DNA of 64,000 nucleotides from an uncultured Candidatus Actinomarinales bacterium (GTDB taxonomy: Bacteria; Actinomycetota; Acidimicrobiia; Actinomarinales; Actinomarinaceae): positions 254 through 64,253 of the forward strand of contig CAXBVE010000003.1 in assembly GCA_963979435.1 (NCBI GenBank), written 5' to 3'. A program made the translations under genes and the position numbers. Position 1 is the first letter of the stretch, and each line of letters begins with the position of its first letter. Shown here piece by piece: positions 1 through 8,979 of this stretch. The notes under the pieces are model-generated. The model made no database searches and was not told the origin of the DNA. It was given only the letters and a program-made list of their open reading frames with translations.

Positions 1-94
1 ACCCTCTATATCGAAGTGAGGTTCCTTCCATTCCTACTGTGGAAATTTGAGTTTCTCCAGCTATTACGCCTCTAAGTCCTGGTGAATAATCCAT
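1..94 (-). CDS. citrate synthase, N-terminal fragment (gene continues beyond window start)
   Basis: Reverse-strand translation from ATG at 94..92 gives MDYSPGLRGVIAGETQISTVGMEGTSLRYRG. The GLxGV...ET.IS...G.LRYRG pattern is typical of the citrate synthase N-terminus. Confidence 0.55.
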   Translation of the reverse strand, partial: MDYSPGLRGVIAGETQISTVGMEGTSLRYRG

Positions 95-170
95 TGTTAA
101 TCTATATTACATGTATTCCTATTACTACTCCTAATGTTAAATTGATTTTTATAGACACTAGAATTAAGTA

Positions 171-3080
171 ATGGCACAAATCCATAATTTAGAAAATAAA
201 TCCAGATATGGAATTAAATATATAGCTGGATTTGGTCTTTTAGTAAGTGCTCTATTGCTTTCAGGGTGGTTTGCTTTTTTCACGTTTTTACCTATAAAAT
301 CTGCAATGGAAGTGGTAACCAATTTGGAAGAAAAATTCTTACCAAGGGCTGAGGGTATGGTGTTAGATTTTGTATCATTATCTGAACCTTCAATAATAGT
401 TACTTCAGATAATCAAATATTAGACGAACTTCATGATGGTCTCAATAGGGATCCAATCAAATTGTCAGATGTCCCTCCTTTTGTTATAAACACACTCCTT
501 GCTGCAGAAGATAGTAATTACTATCAACATGAAGGTGTAGATTTTGTAGCCATATTAAGTGCTGTAGTTGATAACTTAAGAGGAGTTACTAGAGGTGGTT
601 CAACTATTACATCTCAAGTGGCTAAACAATCTTTTGTTGGCGATGAAATCTCGATAAGAAGAAAGGTTGCAGAGGCTGTTGTAGCAGCTGAATTAGAAAG
701 AAGATATTCAAAAGATCAAATTTTAGAATATTATATAAATTCAATATATTGGGGTTCTGGAGCTTATGGCCTCCAATCGGCTTCGTCTGAATATTTCAAC
801 AAAGATGTTGGTGATATTACTTTAGATGAGGCAGCAACACTAGTGGTAATCATAAGGAGTCCAGCATATTACAACCCTAGAAAATATCCAGAAAGAGTAC
901 TGGATAGAAGAAATGATGTTTTAGATGTCATGCTTAAAGAAGGATTTATAGTTGACATACAGCATAGGTCAGCAAAATTAGCCCCACTTACAATTGCAGA
1001 ACCAAATACACTTTCAAATAAAGCTGAACATGTTTCTGCTGAGGTAAAAAGAAGATTACTTAATGAACCAAAGTTTGCAGTTCTTGGTTCTACAAAAGAA
1101 GAAAGGAAAAAAGCTCTTTTTGGATGTCCATCAGATGACACTTCGTGTACTGGTGGTGGTGGTTTGACTATAAATATAACAGTTAATTTAGAATTACAAA
1201 ATCACGCTAACGAGGTTTTGAATAAATGGGTTCCATCTGAAATTATAGATTTGGAAGCTGGTGTAAATCTAGAAGAACCCGAACCTAAGCCAACAGGAGT
1301 AATTACATTAATCAATAATAAAACTGGAGGCATTGAGGTTATGGCTTCTGGGCTACCTTTCGAAGAAGAGCAGTATAATCTTGCTACGCAAGGTAAGAGA
1401 AACCCTGGATCAGCATTTAAACCAATTACTCTACTTGCAGCTTTAGAGGCTGGCGCAAAACTTTATAGTACAAGAGACTCAAGAAGCCCTGTTGAAATTG
1501 ATTGTGGATATCCTTGCGCTCCAGATGGTATTGGCACGAAATGGGTGGTTAGAAATTATGGAACTTCAATTACAGCTGATAGGTTTATAAATAAACTCCC
1601 CGCACAAGACAAAGCGATTGAACTTCAATGTGTTGGCTTTCATGCCGAAGAATTGAAAAATAAAGATTTTATTGATCAGTTTCCTATTTCGTCAGAGATA
1701 GATGAACTTGAAGAAGAGGGCGATAAATTATTAGCAATAGGTATTGCACTAGGCCAATATTCTGAAGATGGAGGTATTGTAATTTACTCCGAAGATGAGA
1801 ACTTGACCACTGAAGATGATCAAGGACGAACATTAATCCAAGTTAGCGATCCTGTCTTAATTGAAGAACAAAATAATTTAATTCAAATTAACCTTGAAAG
1901 TGAAACTCAATTTATCTTCAAACCATGTATAGATAAATCAGAATATAATAGATCAATTAAACTTCTAGATACCTCAGGAATGGTTTCACTTGAAGAAGCG
2001 ACTAGAAAATCAGTGAATACAGTGTTTGCACAACTTGCCTCAGAGCTTGGTGGAGAAAAACTCTCCAGTACTGCCAACAGAATTGGTATAGACTCAGAAT
2101 TAGATCCCGTAATTTCATTAACTCTTGGTGCCGGAGCTGTAACTCCAATTGAACTGGCTTCAGCTTATTCTTCTTTTGCAAATAATGGCTCTTTAGCGCC
2201 TACGTATTTAATTGATAAAATAACAGACTCTAATGGTCAGATACTTTATCAACACATATCATCCCAAAGAGTAACTATTCCTGATCCTGGAGCTGCCGCG
2301 GCTGTAAGGAAAACCCTAGAAGTAGCTGCTCAGTTTGGTACAGGAACTAGAGCTGTACTTGATGACAGGCCAATTGCTGGTAAAACCGGGACTCATCAAG
2401 GATTCAGAGAAGCTTGGTTTATTGGATTTATTCCTCAATACACCTCCTCAGTCTGGATTGGTTTTGCAGAAGAGCAGCTCCCTCTTACAAATGTTGAAAT
2501 TAATGGTGAAGTTGTATCAAGTGTTTCTGGAGGAAGGGTACCAGCACCTATTTGGAAAGAATTTATGGAGAAAGTTGTTGAAGATTTACCAATTGAAGAG
2601 TGGCCAGCTGATCCAAGTGATATTGATAAATATTATGAAATTCCAACAATTGAAATACCTCAGTTACTAGGACTTAATATCATCGATGCTGAAGAAATTG
2701 CATTTTCTGGATATATATTACCAACAATAAAGCTAATTGATTCTGAAGAGGCCCCGGGATTGGTTCTTACTCAGAGTATTGAAAGTGGAGAAGAGATGCC
2801 TGAGGGGACAGAAGTTGTACTAGAAGTTTCTGGTACAAAGTTTACAGCTGCAATTCCAAATATTCCTCCTTGTACTTATACGAAAGATGAAGCAGAAATT
2901 TTAATCAAAAACTTTATGAGAGAAACAAGTGTTATCTTGTTCTTGAAAAATTCATTTGAAGAATCTGAAATACCAGATTGTCAAGGCAAGGTTATTGGAA
3001 CAAATGTAGCCCAAGGTGGAACAGTTTCTACAGGAGATAGCCTAATTTTTATTGTTGCTAACTCTCAAGATGACTCATAG
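171..3080 (+). CDS. class A penicillin-binding protein (transglycosylase + transpeptidase) with C-terminal PASTA-like repeats
   Basis: N-terminal TM anchor. GT51 motifs (EDSNYYQHEGVDF, RKVAEAVVAAELERRYSKDQILEYYIN). Transpeptidase SxxK (GSAFKP) and KTG(T) motifs. Two C-terminal PASTA-like segments. Confidence 0.85.
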   Translation: MAQIHNLENKSRYGIKYIAGFGLLVSALLLSGWFAFFTFLPIKSAMEVVTNLEEKFLPRAEGMVLDFVSLSEPSIIVTSDNQILDELHDGLNRDPIKLSDVPPFVINTLLAAEDSNYYQHEGVDFVAILSAVVDNLRGVTRGGSTITSQVAKQSFVGDEISIRRKVAEAVVAAELERRYSKDQILEYYINSIYWGSGAYGLQSASSEYFNKDVGDITLDEAATLVVIIRSPAYYNPRKYPERVLDRRNDVLDVMLKEGFIVDIQHRSAKLAPLTIAEPNTLSNKAEHVSAEVKRRLLNEPKFAVLGSTKEERKKALFGCPSDDTSCTGGGGLTINITVNLELQNHANEVLNKWVPSEIIDLEAGVNLEEPEPKPTGVITLINNKTGGIEVMASGLPFEEEQYNLATQGKRNPGSAFKPITLLAALEAGAKLYSTRDSRSPVEIDCGYPCAPDGIGTKWVVRNYGTSITADRFINKLPAQDKAIELQCVGFHAEELKNKDFIDQFPISSEIDELEEEGDKLLAIGIALGQYSEDGGIVIYSEDENLTTEDDQGRTLIQVSDPVLIEEQNNLIQINLESETQFIFKPCIDKSEYNRSIKLLDTSGMVSLEEATRKSVNTVFAQLASELGGEKLSSTANRIGIDSELDPVISLTLGAGAVTPIELASAYSSFANNGSLAPTYLIDKITDSNGQILYQHISSQRVTIPDPGAAAAVRKTLEVAAQFGTGTRAVLDDRPIAGKTGTHQGFREAWFIGFIPQYTSSVWIGFAEEQLPLTNVEINGEVVSSVSGGRVPAPIWKEFMEKVVEDLPIEEWPADPSDIDKYYEIPTIEIPQLLGLNIIDAEEIAFSGYILPTIKLIDSEEAPGLVLTQSIESGEEMPEGTEVVLEVSGTKFTAAIPNIPPCTYTKDEAEILIKNFMRETSVILFLKNSFEESEIPDCQGKVIGTNVAQGGTVSTGDSLIFIVANSQDDS

Positions 3081-4413
3081 CTAAGTCTTTAAAAAATTCG
3101 AATAAAGTTAACACTGAAAATCCAGTCGCACCTTTTCTATTACTTGCTCTAGCTGGTCCGGCTATATCAAGGTGAACCCAATCTAAATCTTCTACAAAAT
3201 TTTCAAGAAGAAGTGCTGCTGTTATAGCTCCTCCAAAGTGTCCACCAGTATTTTGCATGTCAGCAATATCAGATTCTATTAATTTTTTATAACCTTCATG
3301 CAGGGGCAGAGGATAAAATTCTTCTCCAGATGTTTCTGTAGAATTAATAAAAATGTTTTCTATATCTTTATTATTTGAAAAAATTGCTCCAATATCTAAA
3401 CCTAACGCTACATAGGAGGCTCCAGTTAAAGTTGCTACATCACAGATTAAATCTGGTTTTTTTTCGGAGGCAAATGCAAGAGCGTCAGCCATAATTAGTC
3501 TTCCTTCTGCATCAGTATTTAATACTTCAATTGTTTTACCATTTCTTGCAGTTAAAACATCGCCTGGTCTAATGGCACTACCGCTGGGCATGTTCTCTAC
3601 AATTGGAGTAAAAACTGTCAGGCCAACATTTATTTTATGTTTTGAAATCAAACTCATTACTCCCCAAGCAGTAGCTGCTCCTGCCATATCAGTTTTCATT
3701 GTCTCCATTCCAGCCGGAGATTTTAAGGAAAGCCCACCTGAGTCAAACATTACACCTTTCCCAATTAGTGCAATTTGAAAATCTGCCTCTTTGTTGTATT
3801 CACCCACTAAAAAATAAGGTTTTCTCTCAGATCCCTTAGCAACTCCGAGAACAGCTCCAAAATTATTTTCTTCAAGCCATTCTTCGTCATGAATTTCAAG
3901 ATTTATCTCAGTATTTAAATTTTTTATACTCTCTATAAAAAATTCTGGAGTTTTGTCCAGAGGTGGCGTATTGATCATATCCCTCACCCAAAATACTGCT
4001 TCTTTTTTTAACTTATTACTTTGAGTATCTAAGTCTTCAGAAAAGTTGAGCTCGATTCTTTCTTTTGTTTTCATTGTTTTATAGGAGTCAAAGTTATACT
4101 CTGAAAACATAATTCCCTGAATCAAAAGCTCTTTGTTTCCCTCAAAATTAACAATTTCGATTGTTACGCTAGTTTGTATTTGTTTTCCGATTAAATAACC
4201 CAACTCTATGAGATCAGTACTTTTAATGTCTTCAGAAGAGACTAGGATCGTTTCGTTTCCTCTTGAAGACAAAGATGGTGGCATCAAAAGGATTTGTTTT
4301 GGTTTTCCCTCAAAACCGTGAGTTGTTATGTACTCGCTGAATGTTTTTGAGTCGACTATGAATTCATCTTTGTTCTCAAATTTTTTACTAAAAAATAATA
4401 TATCCATTTTCAT
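3058..4413 (-). CDS. pepA: leucyl aminopeptidase (M17 family)
   Basis: M17 signature NTDAEGRL and a GGA...metal-binding region. Length 451 aa. Confidence 0.85.
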   Translation of the reverse strand: MKMDILFFSKKFENKDEFIVDSKTFSEYITTHGFEGKPKQILLMPPSLSSRGNETILVSSEDIKSTDLIELGYLIGKQIQTSVTIEIVNFEGNKELLIQGIMFSEYNFDSYKTMKTKERIELNFSEDLDTQSNKLKKEAVFWVRDMINTPPLDKTPEFFIESIKNLNTEINLEIHDEEWLEENNFGAVLGVAKGSERKPYFLVGEYNKEADFQIALIGKGVMFDSGGLSLKSPAGMETMKTDMAGAATAWGVMSLISKHKINVGLTVFTPIVENMPSGSAIRPGDVLTARNGKTIEVLNTDAEGRLIMADALAFASEKKPDLICDVATLTGASYVALGLDIGAIFSNNKDIENIFINSTETSGEEFYPLPLHEGYKKLIESDIADMQNTGGHFGGAITAALLLENFVEDLDWVHLDIAGPARASNRKGATGFSVLTLFEFFKDLAMSHLES

Positions 4414-4956
4414 TTAATTACTCGGTGTCCAATCTTTTTCAAAATCTCTTGCAAGCATCCATAAATAGTCTGAAAGTCTGTTCAAGTATTTTATAGCTAT
4501 AGAGTCTTCAATCTCGTAAGCCTTTTGCCAAGTTACACATTTTCTTTCAGCTCTTCTTGAGACTACTCGTGCCCAATCAATTTTTGATGAGATTGTATTT
4601 TCACCGGGAACAACAAAAAAATCAGGGATTCCATTTTTCTCCTCTAAGATATCAATTTTTGTTTCAAGATTTGTAATCATAATTTCTTCCACAAGGGTTT
4701 TACCAGCTTGTAATTTATTCCTATTCTCTTTTGATGTTGCTATTTCTGCTCCAACGATAAATAACTCTCTTTGAATCTCTAATATTATTTCTTTAGTTTC
4801 GAGTGGTAAATCTTTTTCAGCTCTAATAATTCCAAGGGATGCAACAAGCTCATCTACAGTGCCGACTGCTTCAGGTTCATAATTATCCTTGGATACCGAA
4901 CCACCATAAAGAAGTTTCGTATTCCCCTTATCGCCGTTTTTTGTATAGATTTTCAT
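4414..4956 (-). CDS. ATP:cob(I)alamin adenosyltransferase, PduO-type
   Basis: N-terminal IYTKNGDKGNTKL matches the PduO/MMAB-type motif (IYTRTGDKGxT). About 180 aa. Confidence 0.7.
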   Translation of the reverse strand: MKIYTKNGDKGNTKLLYGGSVSKDNYEPEAVGTVDELVASLGIIRAEKDLPLETKEIILEIQRELFIVGAEIATSKENRNKLQAGKTLVEEIMITNLETKIDILEEKNGIPDFFVVPGENTISSKIDWARVVSRRAERKCVTWQKAYEIEDSIAIKYLNRLSDYLWMLARDFEKDWTPSN

Positions 4957-4971
4957 ATAGTCAGCATAGTG

Positions 4972-5613
4972 CTATGGCAAAAGTATAAGGGTACCTGTAC
5001 CTCCAAGTGAGACTAGAAGTGAAAGATAACTTAGGCCCGTAGCAGCCATAACTCCCGTGTATGATTTTTCATTTAATGATTTTAAGGAACCTAATGAAAG
5101 TATTCCCGATGATACATATAGACCAAGAATAATATTTCTATAAAAAATTGATAACTCTTCTGAAGCGAACCCCATTAAAAGTAATAAGCAAAGAACAACT
5201 GCTATGAATATTGATGATCTAGCTATATTTTTCATACCGATCCTAGTAATTGTTGGATCAACTAAAAACCAGTGACCAATCATCATTAAGGAAAAGATTC
5301 CACTGACAAGGGCTATGGGTAAAATATTCCAAATTAAGTTTTCTACACCTGTATTAAATGCACTGATGATTAAAACTATAAAGCTAGTAATAAAAGAGAG
5401 GTGGCTTAAGTTATTGTTATTGTGTAGCAAAATTGATCCAAGCAGTGTACAGCCAGCCAATACAAAAAGATTAAAATTTATAAATAAAATTACAGAAATT
5501 ACCCCGATGAATAGTATGCTGAAGCCTTTTTTAGGGTTAGTTGAGTATCTGATGTACCAAAAATAAGGAATACTCAATATTAAAACAAGATAGATAAATG
5601 TGCTCAAATTCAT
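4972..5613 (-). CDS. multi-pass membrane protein, unknown function
   Basis: Hydrophobic segments throughout. No recognisable motif. Confidence 0.45.
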   Translation of the reverse strand: MNLSTFIYLVLILSIPYFWYIRYSTNPKKGFSILFIGVISVILFINFNLFVLAGCTLLGSILLHNNNNLSHLSFITSFIVLIISAFNTGVENLIWNILPIALVSGIFSLMMIGHWFLVDPTITRIGMKNIARSSIFIAVVLCLLLLMGFASEELSIFYRNIILGLYVSSGILSLGSLKSLNEKSYTGVMAATGLSYLSLLVSLGGTGTLILLP

Positions 5614-5636
5614 ACTCCTTTTACAATAATGTATGT

Positions 5637-5975
5637 ATGGCTAATGAAAAAAATAAAATAGACATATTTATATCTTTACTTTTAGGTCTTGGAATACTTT
5701 TAGTAACTGGATGGAGTAAATTAGATACGATATTAAGTAAAAATCTTGTAATTTCACTTCTGATTTTCACCTCATTATCATTCTTTTCTCTAAAGGCTTA
5801 TTCGTCATATAAGTACCTTTCCATCCTTATGTTTTTAAGCATTTTTCTTCTATCTCCACAAGTTTTTGCAAGTAGGCAGGGTGAACTATTTCCTGTTACA
5901 TATATAGTATTTATGATTTATTTCTCATTGGTTCTCGGAAAATATATGTATAAGAAATGGAAAAGTTCGCTCTAA
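5637..5975 (+). CDS. small membrane protein, unknown function (ORF track start 5598 would overlap the divergent gene; ATG at 5637 preferred)
   Basis: Fills the gap before 6013 exactly. 3-4 predicted TM helices. AT-rich region, so a chance ORF is not excluded. Confidence 0.35.
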   Translation: MANEKNKIDIFISLLLGLGILLVTGWSKLDTILSKNLVISLLIFTSLSFFSLKAYSSYKYLSILMFLSIFLLSPQVFASRQGELFPVTYIVFMIYFSLVLGKYMYKKWKSSL

Positions 5976-6012
5976 ACGACACAATTGCTCTGGGGTTATC
6001 TAAAATAGAATC

Positions 6013-8979
6013 ATGATTCAGGGCATATTCAAAAAAATATCTTTAATTGGAGTACTGGCTTTCATATGTTTCCTCATGGGGCAAAATACTGCCTCAGCCC
6101 AAATCCTACCCATTCCAAACCACTCTTTCAGCTGTGCTTCGAATGCAGTTGCGCCATTGGAATCAATCAAGGACATACAAACTTATTTAAACTGTAACGG
6201 CTTTAATCCTGGACCAATTGATGGAGATTTTGGAAATAGAACAACCTCTGCTATTAAAGCATTTCAAGCTGCATCAGGATTAGCTCCTGATGGTGTTGTT
6301 GGTCCTGCGACGAAACAAGCAATGCGCTCCTACTCTGAAGAGTCTTTTACATTTACAGGAAGTGGTTGGGGTCACGGAGTTGGGTTAAGTCAGTATGGTG
6401 CCAAAGGTCTAACAGAACTTGGAGCATCGTTTTGTGCTAACACAAGCTCATGTACTTCAGATGAGGTAGTTAACTACTACTTTAAAGACACTGTAGATAA
6501 ACAACTTTCTGAACTTTCATTATCCTCTCCAGAAATTGCAACTGATAAGTCAGCACTTTGGGTTGGTTTAGCAAGGAATGCAAAAAATATTTCTCTAACT
6601 ACTTTGCCATCTTCAAGTCCTCCAACATTATTCATATGTCAAGAAGGTCTTTCTCAAACTGCAGGTATACAGGGATTTTTAGCCTCTAGAGGCTACGAGC
6701 CAGGACCCGTAGACGGTGCTTATGGTGATAAAACTGCAAATGCCCTTAGAAACTATCAAGCTTCTAAGGGAATAAACCAATCGGGTGCAATAGACGATGG
6801 AACAATAGCAGCTATTAAAGATGATGCTGCCGGTGATGGTCCTTGTGAATCTGTTTGGGGTCCTATAAAAATTGGTGGTGGTGCAACTATCTCAGTAATT
6901 AACTCAGGTAATGGTTGTTATTTTTCTGGCCATCCATTGGTTTCGAAACAAACTGCTAGTTGCAATATAACGATTAAATGGTCTGAAGGTGGAAGAATAA
7001 GAGTTGGTCCTAGGGAGCATAAGCATGGTGAACTGAAGCTTAGATCCAAATCAGTTTCAACAGGTTTTCATGTCGTTCTTGCTGTAAATTTAGAAAAGTA
7101 TTTATATGGACTGGCTGAAATGCCGTCTCATTGGAATGTAAAAGCACTGGAAGCTCAGGCATTAGTTGGCCGGAGTTATGCAGTGTTTCATTACCTAGAT
7201 GAGAATATCCCAAATCAACAAACTATTTACGACGCTGGATTATCTGAGAAACAAAAAGCATACTGTTGGTGTCATATTGGTTCTACTGCATCGAGTCAAT
7301 ATTACTATGGTTACCTGAAAGAAATTGCAGGTCCAAATTGGGTTCAAGCTGTAAATAATACATCCGGAAAAGTCATTACCTATGGTGGTGGATATACAAG
7401 AAGCGGAGTGATTCAGGCTTTTTATTCATCCTCCACAGGAGGTAAAACTAATGATAATGCAGTTGGATTTGGATCTTCAACAGTATGGCCATATCTTCAA
7501 ACTGTAGATGATCCTTGGTCAATCGATAATAGAGTGGGTAACTCAAAAGCAGCTTGGTCATATGATTTCACAACCTATCAGCTCTCTAAGAATATTTTAT
7601 GTGGTGATACTCCCTGTTTTGATGCTATTACAGATATTTATGTTTCAGGTGCTGCAACTTCAGGTGCTGCGACTGAAGTCACAATGAAAGGATACAAAAA
7701 TGGAGCAGCAAGAACTGTAAAAAAATCTGGAAGAAATATAAAATCTCAATTAGGTTTTACTTCTCATTATTTTAAAACTTCAAGTGCTTCAGATGTCTCA
7801 ACTTTAAGTGTTGGCCCAGTAACAGTTAATACTACTTCTACATCCAGCAGCTCAACTGGTGGAAGTGTTGTTACATCATCCGGAGATACTGCACAATATG
7901 CTACCTCAAGTAGTGGTCTTCTCTATTTAAGTAAGGCTGGATTACTCGATAAATGTTCTCAGAGCTCCACTGCTTGCCAAAATAAAACTATTACAAGAGA
8001 AGAAGCAGCTGCCGTTGTTGCTGTCACTGGGGGTATCCCCCTAGATGCTCCAAATGCATATAGTGATGACGATCAAAGTATTTATCAACAAGCTATAAAT
8101 GGTATGCCTTATTACGGTATGCAAGTTTGTTTTGGAAGCCCTTTTCAATATTTACCAAAAGAGGCCGTAACTAGAGATGAATTTGCCTGTATGTTAACTA
8201 AAGCTATAAAGGCTGGTTCGGCTACCGATCTTACAGGTAGTTCAGATCCATATTCTGATGAAGGTGCAAGTAAGTGGACGTCTAGTATTTATACCCTGGC
8301 AGCTAATGATATTATTCCAGCGTGTAGTTCCCTTGTTGATAAGTTCTGTCCTAGTAGAAAAACGTCTATTGGTGAAGTTTCATTTATGATTAATAAACTT
8401 GTATCTAAATCTTTAATAAGTTCTGATGTGTACAACCAAACACCATTCCAAAGTGGTTGGGAGCCAGTTGGAGGTGAAGTTAATCCAGCAGCTCAAACAG
8501 CTGTATCAAATCCAAATGAAGGAAATGATGATTGTGTTGCTAAAGATAACTCAAATGCTGATTTAAGGAATACACTCGAAATACAAAAGTTTTTAACAAG
8601 CAACGGTTTTAAGCCAGGACCAATTGATGGACAATCTGGACCACAAACAGTGGCAGCTATAAAAGCTTTTCAAACAATAAATGGTTTATTAGCAGATGGA
8701 ATTGTGGGCAATAAAACAAAAGCGTCTATGAGGAGTTATACAGGATGTGTAACTAATACCTGTAATGCTCGTGATAATCGAGATGCAAACCTTAATTCCG
8801 TTGAGGGAATTCAGACCTATCTATCAAATAATGGGTTTAATCCAGGTATCATTGATGGAGAAATGGGTTCTTACACAAAAGAAGCTATAAAGGCATTTCA
8901 AAGAAAAGTTGGGCTTATTCCCGATGGGGTTGCAGGAGCTAGAACTAAATCTGAGATGAAAAAATATACTGGTTGTTAA
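6013..8979 (+). CDS. secreted cell-wall protein: 4x peptidoglycan-binding (PG_binding_1-like) repeats + SpoIID/LytB-like domain + S/T-rich linker + SLH-like segment
   Basis: Signal peptide. Repeats of G(F/Y)xPGPIDGxxGxxTxxAIKAFQ...DG at the N-terminus, mid-protein and twice at the C-terminus. SpoIID signature YLYGLAEMPSHWNVKALEAQALVGRSYAV. TREEAAAVVA / VTRDEFACMLTKAI resemble SLH motifs. Confidence 0.7.
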   Translation: MIQGIFKKISLIGVLAFICFLMGQNTASAQILPIPNHSFSCASNAVAPLESIKDIQTYLNCNGFNPGPIDGDFGNRTTSAIKAFQAASGLAPDGVVGPATKQAMRSYSEESFTFTGSGWGHGVGLSQYGAKGLTELGASFCANTSSCTSDEVVNYYFKDTVDKQLSELSLSSPEIATDKSALWVGLARNAKNISLTTLPSSSPPTLFICQEGLSQTAGIQGFLASRGYEPGPVDGAYGDKTANALRNYQASKGINQSGAIDDGTIAAIKDDAAGDGPCESVWGPIKIGGGATISVINSGNGCYFSGHPLVSKQTASCNITIKWSEGGRIRVGPREHKHGELKLRSKSVSTGFHVVLAVNLEKYLYGLAEMPSHWNVKALEAQALVGRSYAVFHYLDENIPNQQTIYDAGLSEKQKAYCWCHIGSTASSQYYYGYLKEIAGPNWVQAVNNTSGKVITYGGGYTRSGVIQAFYSSSTGGKTNDNAVGFGSSTVWPYLQTVDDPWSIDNRVGNSKAAWSYDFTTYQLSKNILCGDTPCFDAITDIYVSGAATSGAATEVTMKGYKNGAARTVKKSGRNIKSQLGFTSHYFKTSSASDVSTLSVGPVTVNTTSTSSSSTGGSVVTSSGDTAQYATSSSGLLYLSKAGLLDKCSQSSTACQNKTITREEAAAVVAVTGGIPLDAPNAYSDDDQSIYQQAINGMPYYGMQVCFGSPFQYLPKEAVTRDEFACMLTKAIKAGSATDLTGSSDPYSDEGASKWTSSIYTLAANDIIPACSSLVDKFCPSRKTSIGEVSFMINKLVSKSLISSDVYNQTPFQSGWEPVGGEVNPAAQTAVSNPNEGNDDCVAKDNSNADLRNTLEIQKFLTSNGFKPGPIDGQSGPQTVAAIKAFQTINGLLADGIVGNKTKASMRSYTGCVTNTCNARDNRDANLNSVEGIQTYLSNNGFNPGIIDGEMGSYTKEAIKAFQRKVGLIPDGVAGARTKSEMKKYTGC

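Noticed and set aside
869-1141. Antisense ORFs embedded in large genes (e.g. 869..1141, 2335..2670, 3572..3778, 9163..9354, 11328..11720, 13418..13801, 13944..14393, 15301..15858, 16409..16801, 31907..32200, 46293..46814, 57286..57567)
   Set aside because: They lie entirely inside, and opposite or out of frame to, well-supported conserved genes. Their composition is low-complexity and they show no motifs. They are typical chance ORFs of an AT-poor antisense strand.
5598-5613. 16-nt overlap of the 5' ends of two divergent membrane-protein ORFs
   Set aside because: Divergent start overlap is implausible. An in-frame ATG at 5637 resolves it, and the 125-aa ORF itself is of low confidence.
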